32,000 nucleotides of DNA from an uncultured Actinomycetes bacterium (GCA_963843975.1 CAWJMG010000003.1:300001-332000), one strand, 5' to 3'. Positions 1-9,386 are shown, counted from the first letter of the stretch. Made by a program: numbers and translations. The notes: a model not told the origin generated them from the sequence alone.

Positions 1-531
1 TTCACGCCGATCACGAAGTCCGGTCGCGGCGACAGCATCATCAAGCTGCCTTCGGGCGTGACGGCGGGGCTCGTGTCTATGCAGTACTCGGGCTCGTCGA
101 ACTTCGCCGTGAACGTCATCGACGCCTCCAACCAGGCGACGGGTGACCTTCTCGCGAACGAGATCGGATCCTGGACGGGCAACGCGCCTTTCGGCATCAA
201 CAGCTTCGGCGAGGCACCGGCAAAGCTCGAGGTCACCGGCCAGGGGTCGTGGACGATCAAGATCGCGCCGCTCTCGACCGCGAAGCGGATCGGCGTCCCC
301 GGAGCCGGGAAGGGGACGGGAACGTTCCTCTACACGGGTGACGTGAGCGACTGGACGATGACCCACAAGGGGTCCAGCAACTTCTCCGTGATCACGATCG
401 GCACCGACGGCACCAGTGATCTGCTGGTGAACGAGATCGGCAAGTACGCCGGCACCGTGGCGGCCAGCCCTGGCCCCGTGCTCATCGAGATTGGCGCCGA
501 CGGCGCCTGGACGATCAAGCCGGCCACGTAG
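1..531 (+). CDS. hypothetical protein, 3' part (5' end outside window), with two tandem copies of a ~75-aa module
   Basis: Frame 1 is open from nt 1 (FTPITKSGRGDSIIKLPSG...) into listed ORF 58..531, with strong GC3 bias. Module 1 'SGSSNFAVNVIDASNQATGDLLANEIGSWTG...GQGSWTIKIAP' recurs as 'KGSSNFSVITIGTDGTSDLLVNEIGKYAG...ADGAWTIKPA'. I do not recognise the family. Confidence 0.6.
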   Translation, partial: FTPITKSGRGDSIIKLPSGVTAGLVSMQYSGSSNFAVNVIDASNQATGDLLANEIGSWTGNAPFGINSFGEAPAKLEVTGQGSWTIKIAPLSTAKRIGVPGAGKGTGTFLYTGDVSDWTMTHKGSSNFSVITIGTDGTSDLLVNEIGKYAGTVAASPGPVLIEIGADGAWTIKPAT

Positions 532-534
532 TCC

Positions 535-578
535 GGCCTCTGATGAGGCCGGCCGGGCGTCTTCCGGTCGGCCTCATC
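535..578. terminator. GC-rich hairpins between convergent genes, a possible bidirectional terminator
   Basis: GGCCTC-tgat-GAGGCC (535..550) overlaps a perfect 10-bp inverted repeat GATGAGGCCG (542..551) / CGGCCTCATC (569..578). They lie between the stop at 531 (+) and the TetR stop at 619 (-). No clear U-tract. Confidence 0.4.
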
Positions 579-618
579 GTTCGTGACGGCCGGCACGCCA
601 TGAGCTCGTGGCCCGCGC

Positions 619-1269
619 TCAGACCTCGAGTCTGCGTGCCGCGGCTGCGACCTCAGCCAGGTCGTCCGGGTCGGCAAGGATGGCGCGGAGGATGAACTCG
701 GCCACGAACTCGGGCACGTCCACCGACGTCGACGGCCGACCGGCATGGGCCATGCGGATCGTGTTGAGGTTCATGCCCGAGATGAGCTCCTGCGTCAGCA
801 CAGGGTGCACGTCGCGCAGCGAACCGTCCTCGACGCCCTGCTTCACGATCACCTGGATGTCGCGGCGCAGCTGCTGGGTCTTGCGCCGCCACGTGGAGAA
901 CTCCGGTGCCCCGATGAGGTCGTCACGGTGGACTCCCGTCAGGTCGTACGGCGAGTTCAGCAGGTGCTGTGTGTCGAACCAGGCGTAGCGGTAGACGCGC
1001 GCTGCCGCCGGTGCAGGCACGCGGATGAGTCGACGGGCGAGCAGCGTCGGCTCGTCGACGCTGTAGCGCAGGAGCTCCTCGGCGATCTCCTGCTTGGTCG
1101 CGAAGTGGAAGAAGAGGGACGGCTGCCTGATCCCCACTGCGTCGGCGATGTCGCGCGTGGCCGTGCCGAAGTAGCCGCGCACGGCGAACAGGCGAGAGGC
1201 CTCGACGAGGATGCGGTCGCGGGTCACCGCGCCACGGGTCGCGGCCTTCACCTGGGTGGCCTCAGCCAC
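619..1269 (-). CDS. TetR family transcriptional regulator
   Basis: N-terminal HTH signature 'TRDRILVEASRLFAVRGYFGTATRDIADAVGIRQPSLFFHFATKQEI'. GTG start preceded by GGAGG (ctgacGGAGGtggacaGTG). Lies 12 nt downstream of the peptidase gene stop, same strand. Confidence 0.9.
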   Translation of the reverse strand: MAEATQVKAATRGAVTRDRILVEASRLFAVRGYFGTATRDIADAVGIRQPSLFFHFATKQEIAEELLRYSVDEPTLLARRLIRVPAPAAARVYRYAWFDTQHLLNSPYDLTGVHRDDLIGAPEFSTWRRKTQQLRRDIQVIVKQGVEDGSLRDVHPVLTQELISGMNLNTIRMAHAGRPSTSVDVPEFVAEFILRAILADPDDLAEVAAAARRLEV

Positions 1270-1281
1270 TGTCCACCTCCG

Positions 1282-3290
1282 TCAGAGCCGCGGCGCGGGC
1301 GCCAGCGTGTCGTCGAGCCCCATCGTGTCAGCCACCCAGGCCAGGAGCTCGGAGGTGAACGCCACTCGTTGCCAGCGACCGGGCGTGGGCCAGTGGCCGC
1401 GGGCACCCAGGTCGACCTTCAGCAGCACGCGGTCGCGCGCACCGCGGGCGGAGATGCGGGCCACCCAGCGCGCGGGCTCCCACACCGACACCCGCGGATC
1501 GTGCAGCGCGGACGTCACGAGGAGTCGCGGCTGCACCTCGGGCGGCGGGGTGTTCTCGAGCGGCGCCCACGAGCGCATCCACGCCAGATCCTCGGCGCGA
1601 CGCGGGTCGCCCCACTCGTCCCGCTCGACGATGACGAGCGGCTGGGTCGGGTCGGACATCGTGGTGATCGGGTCCACGAACGGCGCCTCGGCCAGGATTC
1701 CGGCCCAGCGCTCAGGTGCCAGCCCGTTGACCGCGCCCATCAGCAGCCCGCCGGCCGAGAGCCCTTGCGCCACGATCCGCCGAGGGTCCACGATCCCGTC
1801 GGCGAGCGCATCGGCCGCGTCTACGAAGTCGTGGAACGTGTTCTCCTTGCGGTCCATCCGCCCCTGGCGCCACCAGCCGCGCCCACCCTCGCCGCCACCG
1901 CGGATGTGCGCGTGCGCGTAGACGACCCCGGCGCGCACGAGCGCGATCCGCGACGGCTCGAACTCGGGCTCGATCACGGTCTCCCAGGCGCCGTACCCGT
2001 AGAGCAGGCAGGGGGCGCTGCCGTCGAGCGGAGTCGTACGGGCTCGTAGCAGGGTCACGGTGATCGGTTGCCCGTCACGTGCGTCGATGCTCAGCTCCTC
2101 CACCAGCAGGTCGCTGGTGTCCGGTGCATCCGGCCCGGGCGAGGACGCGCGCACGAGCACCCCCGTCGCGAGATCCAGCTGCTCCCACCATGTCGGCTCG
2201 GTCCACGAGGTGCAGCTCGATGCAGACCGTGCCGGCAGGGGAGTCGTACGGTGCCAGCGAGATCGACGTGCCCGGTGCGGCCTGGACGACGACTGGCCGG
2301 TGCGAGTCGTCGCGCAGGTCGATCGCCCAGAGCGTGGGCGCGCCGCCTTCGCGGCCGCGCACGACGAGGTGATGGTCGACGGCGGTGAGCGACAGCGGGC
2401 GGCGTCCCGGAGCCTCGTCGAGGAGCTGCCGGACAACGCGCCCGTCGTGCTCCTCGAGCGTCACCCGGTAGCCGTCGCCGTACTCGCGCGAGTGCACGAG
2501 CATCCGCGTGCCGGCGACCTCCACCGGCTCGACGGCGTAGTCGACGCCCTCCGTGCGACCGCGGGCCGACGAGACCTCGAGCGTGCCGAGGTCGACCAGC
2601 CACTCCTCGGCCGTGAGGCGGCTCGCGGCCCGGATCACGGCCAGCGAGCCGTCGCCGCTCGTCCGCAGGCTGACGTGGAAGCGATCGTCCGTCTCCTCGA
2701 GGAGCAGCGCGGCTGATCGGTCGCTCACGTCGTACGCCCAGACCTGGAAGGGGCGGTCCGCGTCGTCGTGGCGCACCGACAGCAGCGTGCGCCCGTCGGG
2801 CGCCCAGGCCAGCCCGTAGTAGGCCCGCTCGGAGACAACCTCCGCCTGCTCCTGGCGCACGTCGGCGTCGAGGGGGAGGAGGCGCAGCTCGTACGCCTCG
2901 GCCCCGAGGGTGTCGACGGTGAAGGCCAGCCAGGCGGCATCCGGTGACACGGCGACGTCGCCGCAGCGCACGAAGCCCGTTGAGGTGAGGGCTTCGAGGT
3001 CGACGACCGCTCGCTCGAGGCCGTCGTAGCCCATGAGCAGCACGGGGTTGTCGGCGCCCTCCGCCCAGTGCCAGCGGAACGTCCGGCCGGCGACCGTCCA
3101 GACCGGTGTGGTCGAGGTCGCGGGCAGGAGGGCGCGGGCCCGTTGCTCGAGCGCCTCTCGAGGCTCCGTCCCACGCCGCGCGGGCGCTGAGGTAGCGAGC
3201 GTTCTCGTGCGCGAGCCAGGCCTGGAGCCGAGGGCCGCGCGAGAGATCGCGGAGGCTGTCGAGGTCGTGCTCTGCAGGGTCCGAGCTCAC
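1282..3290 (-). pseudogene. ptrB: S9 prolyl-oligopeptidase family gene (oligopeptidase B-like) interrupted by two frameshifts
   Basis: Three consecutive reading frames each carry one part of a single protein.
- Frame A, 3290 to ~3170: 'VSSDPAEHDLDSLRDLSRGPRLQAWLAHENARYLSARAAWD'.
- Frame B, ~3165 to ~2210 (beta-propeller): 'REALEQRARALLPATSTTPVWTVAGRTFRWHW...GYDGLERAVVDLE...TVCIELH'.
- Frame C, ~2205 to 1282 (catalytic domain): 'SWTEPTWWEQLDLATG...GLSAGG...HDPRVSVWEPARW...GARGHW'.
The junctions fall near 3160-3172 and 2200-2215. Each is equivalent to a 1-nt insertion or a 2-nt deletion. The GTG start at 3290 overlaps the upstream stop as GTGA. Confidence 0.75.
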
Positions 3291-4207
3291 GGGCGGGTGC
3301 CTCCGGTGGGTACGAGTGCAGCGATGTCGCGGTGGGTGGCGAACCACACGCCGGGGGTGGACGAGATCTCCTCGACGAGGGCGGCGAACGCCTGGAACGG
3401 GCCGCGGCGGCCGATGAGGTCGGGATGCAGCGTGAGCTGGAACATCCCACCCTCGGCCACGGCCGCACGGAAGTCCTGCAGCCACGCATGCGTGATCGCG
3501 GCGGGGTCGGGCACCGGGCGGAGGCCGCCGTACCGGTCGGTCACGAGGAACGCCGCATCATCGCGCAGCCAGTCCACGGGCACCTCGACGAGCGCGGAGG
3601 GCTCGCCGTCGAGGTCGATCTCGTACGGCATGTCGTCCGCCATGAGCGACGAGTCGTAGAGCAGGCCGGCGTCGCGGGCCACGTGGAGCGTGACGCCGGA
3701 CGTGCCGAACGACGGCGTACGGCTCCCAACCGGCCGCGTGCCCGTCATCTGCTCGAGGACGTCGGCCGAGCGGAGCAGCAGCTCGCGCTCCTCTGCCGGA
3801 GTCAGCAGCTCGGGACGCTCGTGGATCCAGCCGTGGAGGCCGATCTCGTGATGGGCCGCCGCGATGGCCGCGACATCTCCGGGGTGCAGCATCGCGGCGA
3901 CGGCGGGCACGAAGAACGTGGCGGGTACTCGGTGCCGGTCGAGGAGGTCGAGGATCCGCGGCAGCCCGACTCGGCTGCCGAACTCTCCGTGCGCCAGGCC
4001 GGCGGGATCCAGGGCGCCGTCGCGCAGCCACGGGGTCTCGTGGTCGACGTCGAACGAGAGCGCGACCGCCACGGTCGCGTCACCGGGCCACATCCCGTGG
4101 GGAAGCCGGTGACCCGCGCGGACGCGGGCCACCGGTGCTTCCCAACGCTCTCGCTCCCACGCCCACGGGGCATCCCCGTGGGACGTGGAGGCGGGGGAGT
4201 CCGTCAT
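3287..4207 (-). CDS. polysaccharide deacetylase (NodB-fold, PuuE-like) family protein
   Basis: 'VAVALSFDVDHETPWL', 'RVPATFFVPAVAA' and 'HEIGLHGWIHE' match NodB-homology metal and catalytic motifs. The ATG at 4207 overlaps the SBP stop as ATGA. Confidence 0.8.
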   Translation of the reverse strand: MTDSPASTSHGDAPWAWERERWEAPVARVRAGHRLPHGMWPGDATVAVALSFDVDHETPWLRDGALDPAGLAHGEFGSRVGLPRILDLLDRHRVPATFFVPAVAAMLHPGDVAAIAAAHHEIGLHGWIHERPELLTPAEERELLLRSADVLEQMTGTRPVGSRTPSFGTSGVTLHVARDAGLLYDSSLMADDMPYEIDLDGEPSALVEVPVDWLRDDAAFLVTDRYGGLRPVPDPAAITHAWLQDFRAAVAEGGMFQLTLHPDLIGRRGPFQAFAALVEEISSTPGVWFATHRDIAALVPTGGTRP

Positions 4208-5208
4208 GGGATGAGGGGCTCCTCGACGATCTTGTTGATCTCGACCGCGCCGGTGAGGACCTGCTGCTGGCCGTACTTCGTGTAGAGCTGCTCGAGCGTC
4301 CCGTTGTCGATCAGCACCTTGAGCGCCGCGGCGACGGCGTCGCGGAGCTCGGGGGAGTTCTTCGGGATGCCCGCGCCGACCCAGCGCGGCAGGTAGCCGA
4401 AGGGCCTGTCGGCCGGCGTGACGATGTCGTAGCCGGCACCCTCAGGCTTGGACTTCAGGTCCGCAGCGGTCGCGACGCCGAGGTACTGCGCCGAGGCGCC
4501 GCCGCTCTTCACCGCGAGGAGCGCGTCCGAGGTCTTCGGCAGCTCCTTGATGGTCATCTTGTCCTTGCCGTTGTCGGCGCAGTACTTGTCGAGGTCGGCG
4601 AAGTACTCGGCCGTCACGTTGCCCGCCTCGACCGCGAGGGTCTTGCCGCACATGTCGGTGAGTCCCGTGATGCCCTCGGGGTTGCCCGCCGGGACGAGCA
4701 GGATCTGGCCCTGCTTGGAGTAGTTCACGAAGTCGAGCACCTTCTCGCGCTCGGGGGTGTCGCCGATGCTCGCCAGCACCATGTCGTACTTGTTCGCCTG
4801 CAGCGCCGGGATGACGCCGTTGTAGTCGATCGAGGTCCACTCGGACTTCGTGCCCAGGACGGCGGCGATCGCGTCACCGGTGTCGATGTCGAGGCCGATC
4901 AGCTTCTGGTCCGCGTCGAAGTACTCGAAGGGCGGGTACGGCGCGGACGTCACGATGCGGATCGCGCTCTTGTACTGGTCCGGAAGCAGCGCGGCCGCAG
5001 CCGGATCCACGGCGATCTCCACGCCGTTCACGGTCGTGGTCGGTGCCGCGGCGCTGGAGGTGCCGGCGCCCGAGGGCGTCGTGGCCCCAGAGCCCGAGGG
5101 GCTCCCACCGGAGCTGGACGAGCCGCACGCGCTCAGAGCCAGTGCGACGACGATCCCAGCGCCGACCGTGGTCGTGAGCCGGGCGCGGGAGCGAACGAGG
5201 GTGCTCAT
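4204..5208 (-). CDS. amino-acid ABC transporter substrate-binding lipoprotein (family 3 SBP)
   Basis: Signal peptide with lipobox 'VVALALSAC' followed by a Ser/Gly/Thr-rich linker. Body resembles polar amino-acid binding proteins ('IRIVTSAPYPPFEYFDADQKLIGLDIDTGDAIA', 'NGVIPALQANKYDMVLASIGDTPER'). Confidence 0.85.
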   Translation of the reverse strand: MSTLVRSRARLTTTVGAGIVVALALSACGSSSSGGSPSGSGATTPSGAGTSSAAAPTTTVNGVEIAVDPAAAALLPDQYKSAIRIVTSAPYPPFEYFDADQKLIGLDIDTGDAIAAVLGTKSEWTSIDYNGVIPALQANKYDMVLASIGDTPEREKVLDFVNYSKQGQILLVPAGNPEGITGLTDMCGKTLAVEAGNVTAEYFADLDKYCADNGKDKMTIKELPKTSDALLAVKSGGASAQYLGVATAADLKSKPEGAGYDIVTPADRPFGYLPRWVGAGIPKNSPELRDAVAAALKVLIDNGTLEQLYTKYGQQQVLTGAVEINKIVEEPLIP

Positions 5209-5236
5209 GTTTCTCCTTGGCTTGGTTGGTCGGCGA

Positions 5237-6472
5237 TCAGAGGGCAGTGCTGTGGATCAGTCCGTCCTTGACGACCAGGCGGATGCCCGCCTCGTCGCCG
5301 AGCACGGAGAGGTCGCTGGTCGGGTTGCCCGCCACAGCGACGAGGTCGGCGCGACGGCCCGGCTCGAGGACGCCGATGTCATCGCGGCCGAGGATCTCGG
5401 CGTTGGCCCCGGTCGCCGCGTGGAGCGCGGCCGGTGCCCCGAGCACCTCTGCCTTCAGCAGGTGCTCGTGGTTGAGCCAGGCGATCTCCTCGCCGAGCAG
5501 GTCGCTGCCGGAGCCGATGACAACGCCTGCACGATGCGCGGCCTCGAGCGCCCGGAGAGCAGCCTCGGCGGCCGAGTTGACCTTCGCCGTCACCTCGGGC
5601 GGGTCGTCGTACCGCTCGGGATGCCTGCTGGCCATCACGTAGGTCGCCACGGTCGGCACGAGGTAGGTGCCGTGGGCGGCCATGAGCTTGGCGGAGTCGT
5701 CGTCCAGGAAGTTGCCGTGCTCGATCGTGCGGGCGCCGGCGCGCACGGCCCGTTCGATGGCGACGACCGGGATCGCGTGCGCGGCGACGTACACGCCGGC
5801 CATGTCGGCTTCCTCGACGATGATCCGCAGCTCCTCCTCGGAGTACTGCGCGCGATCGAGCTTGTCGGTGGGAGAGGCCGCGCCGCCGCTCGCCATGACC
5901 TTGATGAAGTCGGCCCCCATCCGCACCTGCTCGCGGACGGCGCGCCGGACCTCGGAGACGCCGTCGGCGATGGAGAAGACCATGCCGAACTGCGCGTGGC
6001 CGTCGCAGAGGTCGCCGGTCTGGCCGCGGGTGCGCATGTCGCCGTGGCCGCCGGTCTGGCTCAGCATGCGGTTGCTGATGATGATGCGCGGTCCCGGGAT
6101 CAGGCCCTGGTCGACGGCCTGCTTGAAGCCCCAGTCGGCGCCGCCGCAGTCGCGGATCGTCGTGTAGCCGCGGTCGAGGAGGTGCCGCAGCCGCTGGGCC
6201 ATCATGAAGGCAATGACGCTGCTCGGGTGCTTGGCGGCCTGACGCCCGAAGTCGACCTCGACGGCGCCGACGTGCACGTGGGCGTCGATCAGGCCCGGGA
6301 TGAGCGTGCTGTCGCCTGCATCCACGACTCGGCCCGACACGGTCGGCCGTGCGCCGTCGACGTGGATCTCCTGGACGAGCCCGTCCGCAAGGACGATCGA
6401 CACACCTTCGACGAGGTCGGGTGATCGGCCGTCGTACATGGTGGCCGCGGTCACGACCAAGGGCTGGTTCAC
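5237..6472 (-). CDS. amidohydrolase family metal-dependent hydrolase
   Basis: 'LIPGLIDAHVHVG' HxH metal motif, plus 'HAIPVVAIERAVRAGARTIEHG' and 'VIGSGSDLLG'. I chose the GTG start at 6472 (VNQPLVV...) because it has AGGAG 6 nt upstream. The longer track ORF (to 6607) would overlap the ATPase gene. Confidence 0.8.
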   Translation of the reverse strand: MNQPLVVTAATMYDGRSPDLVEGVSIVLADGLVQEIHVDGARPTVSGRVVDAGDSTLIPGLIDAHVHVGAVEVDFGRQAAKHPSSVIAFMMAQRLRHLLDRGYTTIRDCGGADWGFKQAVDQGLIPGPRIIISNRMLSQTGGHGDMRTRGQTGDLCDGHAQFGMVFSIADGVSEVRRAVREQVRMGADFIKVMASGGAASPTDKLDRAQYSEEELRIIVEEADMAGVYVAAHAIPVVAIERAVRAGARTIEHGNFLDDDSAKLMAAHGTYLVPTVATYVMASRHPERYDDPPEVTAKVNSAAEAALRALEAAHRAGVVIGSGSDLLGEEIAWLNHEHLLKAEVLGAPAALHAATGANAEILGRDDIGVLEPGRRADLVAVAGNPTSDLSVLGDEAGIRLVVKDGLIHSTAL

Positions 6473-6494
6473 GAAAGCTCCTGTCCGCACTGGT

Positions 6495-7265
6495 TCACGC
6501 CAGCACCTTCGAGAGGAAGGCCTGGGTCCTGGGGTTGCTGGGGTTGTCGAGCACCTGGGACGGCGTGCCGTACTCGACGACGACACCGCCGTCCATGAAC
6601 GCGACACGGTCGGCCACCTCTCGGGCGAAGCCGATCTCGTGGGTGACGACGATCATCGTCATGCCGTCCTCGGCGAGGCGGCGCATCACGTCGAGCACGT
6701 CGCCCACGAGCTCGGGATCGAGGGCGCTCGTGGGCTCGTCGAACAGCATGAGGTGTGGGCGCATCGCGAGTGCTCGCGCGATCGCGACACGCTGCTGCTG
6801 ACCGCCGGACAGCTGCTTGGGGTAGGCGTCGACCTTGTCGCTCAGGCCGACCTGCTCGAGCAGCTGCCGGGCGTGCGCGCGCGCCGAGTCCTTGCTCTCG
6901 CCGTTGACCCGGATCGGGGCCTCGACCAGGTTGCCCAGGACGGTCATGTGCGGGAAGAGGTTGAACTGCTGGAACACCATGCCGACCCGTGCGCGCTGAG
7001 CCGCGATCTGGCGTGCCGGCAGCTCGCGCAGGTGCGTGCCCGCGTTGCGGTAGCCGATGTACTCGCCCTCGACCTGCAGGGTGCCGGCGTCGATCTTCTC
7101 GAGGTGGTTCACGCAGCGCAGGAAGGTGGACTTGCCCGAGCCGCTCGGACCGAGGAGGCACAGCACCTCGCCTTGCTGGACGTCGAGCGTGATGCCGTGC
7201 AGGACGGCGAGGCGGCCGAAGCTCTTGCGTACGTCGACCGCACGCACCATGGGCTGCTCGGTCAT
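6495..7265 (-). CDS. amino-acid ABC transporter ATP-binding protein
   Basis: Walker A 'GPSGSGKST', Q-loop, signature '[15 protein letters not shown]', Walker B '[12 protein letters not shown]', H-loop 'VTHE'. The ATG at 7265 overlaps the permease stop as ATGA. 256 aa counted from [10 protein letters not shown]. Confidence 0.95.
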   Translation of the reverse strand: MTEQPMVRAVDVRKSFGRLAVLHGITLDVQQGEVLCLLGPSGSGKSTFLRCVNHLEKIDAGTLQVEGEYIGYRNAGTHLRELPARQIAAQRARVGMVFQQFNLFPHMTVLGNLVEAPIRVNGESKDSARAHARQLLEQVGLSDKVDAYPKQLSGGQQQRVAIARALAMRPHLMLFDEPTSALDPELVGDVLDVMRRLAEDGMTMIVVTHEIGFAREVADRVAFMDGGVVVEYGTPSQVLDNPSNPRTQAFLSKVLA

Positions 7266-8206
7266 GAGGTCACCTCGCCCGTGGTCGGGGGCTTCAGGCC
7301 CGTCAGGCGCTGCAGGACCCCGGTGCGGGCGGGGAGGTGGCCGCGGCCGTAGCGCCGCTCGAGCCATGCCTGCGGGATGGACAGCAGGGAGGTGAGAGCC
7401 AGGTACCAGATCGACGCGACCACGAGCAGCGGGATGACCTGGTAGTTCTGCGAGTAGATGCGCTGCAGGACCGTCATGAGGTCCTGGCCGGCGATGACCG
7501 ACACGAGTGCGGTCGTCTTGAGCATGGTGATCACCTCGTTGCCCATCGGCGGCACGATGACCCGCATCGCCTGGGGAAGCACGACCCGACGCAGGGTCTG
7601 GGAGGGGCTGAGCCCCAGTGAGAGCGCCGCCTCGGTCTGGCCGCGGTCGACGGAGCTCACGCCGCCGCGCACGATCTCGGCTGCATAGGCGGCCTCGTTC
7701 AGGCCGAGCGCGAGCAGCGCGGCAACGGGTGCGGTGATGACGTCGCTCGTGCGGCCCGAGAACAGGACGACATCCGTGAAGGGGATGCCGATCGACACGC
7801 TCGGGTAGAGCGCGCCGAGATAGCCCCAGAAGATGATCTGCACGAGCACCGGCGTGCCGCGGAAGAACCAGATGAACGTGCGCGCGACGCCTGAGAGCAC
7901 GGCGTTGTCCGACAGCCGCATCACCGCGACGATCACGCCGCCGACGACGCCGATGACCATGGACGCCGCAGTGAGGTAGAGCGTCACGACGACGCCTGAG
8001 AGCGTGACGGGCGCGAAGAGGTACTCGCGGACCGTGCTCCAGCCGACGTTGGGGTTGGTGAACAGAGAGCGCAGGACCAGGAAGGCCACCAGCGCCACGA
8101 GGGCAGCCGCCACCCACCGACCCGGGTGGCGCAACGGACGGACCGGCAGCCCTGTCTGGGCTGCCTCGCTCGGTGCTGCGTTCGGTCGTTCAGTGGCGGG
8201 TTCCAT
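7262..8206 (-). CDS. amino-acid ABC transporter permease (His/Glu/Gln/Arg/opine-type)
   Basis: Multiple TM helices and the conserved '[19 protein letters not shown]' and '[33 protein letters not shown]' (EAA loop). GAGGAGG lies 6 nt upstream of the ATG at 8206. Confidence 0.9.
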   Translation of the reverse strand: MEPATERPNAAPSEAAQTGLPVRPLRHPGRWVAAALVALVAFLVLRSLFTNPNVGWSTVREYLFAPVTLSGVVVTLYLTAASMVIGVVGGVIVAVMRLSDNAVLSGVARTFIWFFRGTPVLVQIIFWGYLGALYPSVSIGIPFTDVVLFSGRTSDVITAPVAALLALGLNEAAYAAEIVRGGVSSVDRGQTEAALSLGLSPSQTLRRVVLPQAMRVIVPPMGNEVITMLKTTALVSVIAGQDLMTVLQRIYSQNYQVIPLLVVASIWYLALTSLLSIPQAWLERRYGRGHLPARTGVLQRLTGLKPPTTGEVTS

Positions 8207-8235
8207 CCCGGCCTCCTCGCTCGACTGAGGCCGTA

Positions 8236-8253
8236 GCCTATCGATTGATAGGC
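8236..8253. promoter_or_regulatory. AT-rich palindrome, candidate operator (TetR?) at the ABC-operon promoter
   Basis: GCCTATC-gatt-GATAGGC has 7-bp perfect arms and lies 30-47 nt upstream of the permease ATG. It is conspicuously low-GC in a very GC-rich context. The only regulator in the operon is the terminal TetR. Confidence 0.4.
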
Positions 8254-8389
8254 AACGCGCAAGGGTTCGCGGGCATCAGTTTTCCCGCGTTGGGCGGGCA
8301 GCCTCGCACTGCTGATGCCCCGCGCGACGAGGCGCTCACGGATACCGGAGCGGCACCCTCGTCCGCGGCTTAAGACTGGTGAACAACGA

Positions 8390-9343
8390 TCAGCGGGTCG
8401 CCCTGGCGAAACGCTTCGACCAGTTCTTCAGGTGGTCAGCGAACTCCGGCGGGCCGAGCACGCGGAACTCCGCTCCCACCACGCCCATCGCGAACGTCGG
8501 CCAGTCGAGCATGTCGGCCATGAGCCGCGCGTGGCATCGCTCGTCGTCGATCGGGGTCACGGTCGCCCAGCGTCCGATGCGCTGCTCGACGAGCGGCGCC
8601 GGGGCGTCGATCTCCACCTCGATCACGTACGTCGGCGTACTCCCGCCCAGCTGCTGGTTGAGGAACGACGGCACGTCGGCGGCCGGCAGCTCGCGGGGGA
8701 GGAACGACGCGCCCGTGCCGACCGGGTCGGAGAGGCGGTCGAGGCGGAACGAGCGCCACGCGTGCCGGCCGAGGTCGTAGGCCACGAGGTACCAGCGCTG
8801 GCCGTGCCGGGCGATGTGCGTCGGCTCGACCTCGCGGTGCGACGGTGTGCCGTCGCGCGCGACGTACTCGAACTCGGCTCGCTCGTGGTCGCGGCAGAAC
8901 TGCGCGAGGCGCACGAGCACGTCGGTCTCGATCGGGCCCGACATCGACGGCAGCGCCATCGACACCGTCGCCGAGCGCAGCGCCTGCACCTGGGCGGCGA
9001 GGCGCCTCGGCATCACCTGCGCGAGCTTGCCGAGCGCGCGGACGGACGAGTCGGCGATGCCGGCCACCGACGCCTGCGACGCGAGCTCGAGCCCGACGGC
9101 GAGGGCGATCGCCTCCTCGTCGTCGAGGATCAGCGGCGGCAGCACCGCGCCGGGCGCGAGCTGGTAGCCGCCGTCGACGCCGGGAGCTGCGGTGACGGGG
9201 TAGCCGAGGTCGCGCAGGCGGTCGACGTCGCGGCGGACCGTGCGCACCGACACCTCGAGGCGCTCGGCCAGCTCGTCGCCCGACCAGTGCCGGTGGGTCT
9301 GCAGCAGGCTCAGCAGCCGCAGGGTGCGCTCGCTCGTGGCCAT
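8390..9343 (-). CDS. YafY-family transcriptional regulator (HTH + WYL domain)
   Basis: 'ERTLRLLSLLQTHRHWSGDELAERLEVSVRTVRRDVDRLRDLGYPV' (DeoR-like HTH), and later 'RWYLVAYDLGRHAWRSFRLDRL' (WYL motif region). I chose the ATG at 9343 (MATSERT) rather than the upstream alternative start. Confidence 0.85.
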   Translation of the reverse strand: MATSERTLRLLSLLQTHRHWSGDELAERLEVSVRTVRRDVDRLRDLGYPVTAAPGVDGGYQLAPGAVLPPLILDDEEAIALAVGLELASQASVAGIADSSVRALGKLAQVMPRRLAAQVQALRSATVSMALPSMSGPIETDVLVRLAQFCRDHERAEFEYVARDGTPSHREVEPTHIARHGQRWYLVAYDLGRHAWRSFRLDRLSDPVGTGASFLPRELPAADVPSFLNQQLGGSTPTYVIEVEIDAPAPLVEQRIGRWATVTPIDDERCHARLMADMLDWPTFAMGVVGAEFRVLGPPEFADHLKNWSKRFARATR

Positions 9344-9361
9344 GCCTGGAATCGTCTCAGA

Positions 9362-9386
9362 ATTGCGGACAGGAACTGACCGCAAT
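9362..9386. promoter_or_regulatory. inverted repeat in the WYL-regulator / DinB divergent promoter, candidate operator
   Basis: ATTGCGG-N11-CCGCAAT (7-bp perfect arms) lies between the divergent starts at 9343 (-) and 9435 (+). Confidence 0.35.

Noticed and set aside
745-2049. 434-aa plus-strand ORF, together with other long Arg/Pro/Gly-rich ORFs: 2091..3485 beyond its first ~40 codons, 2725..3489, 3332..4285, 4135..5271, 4850..6424, 6300..7352, 8315..9379.
   Set aside because: They run antisense or out of frame to genes with clear family signatures. Their composition (RRRPG-type low complexity) is the expected artefact of stop-poor alternative frames in very GC-rich DNA. They have no motifs and no RBS.
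5237-6607. The full 456-aa version of the amidohydrolase ORF.
   Set aside because: Its first 45 codons overlap the 3' end of the ABC ATPase gene and read as Ser/Arg/Pro-rich filler. The GTG at 6472 has an AGGAG RBS and starts right before the conserved region.
8272-8320. Inverted repeat GGGCATCAG...CTGATGCCC with an inner CCCGC-gttg-GGCGGG hairpin, downstream of the WYL regulator gene.
   Set aside because: The loop is very large, and the T/A run sits on the wrong side of the inner hairpin for a terminator on either transcribed strand. Evidence for any function is insufficient.
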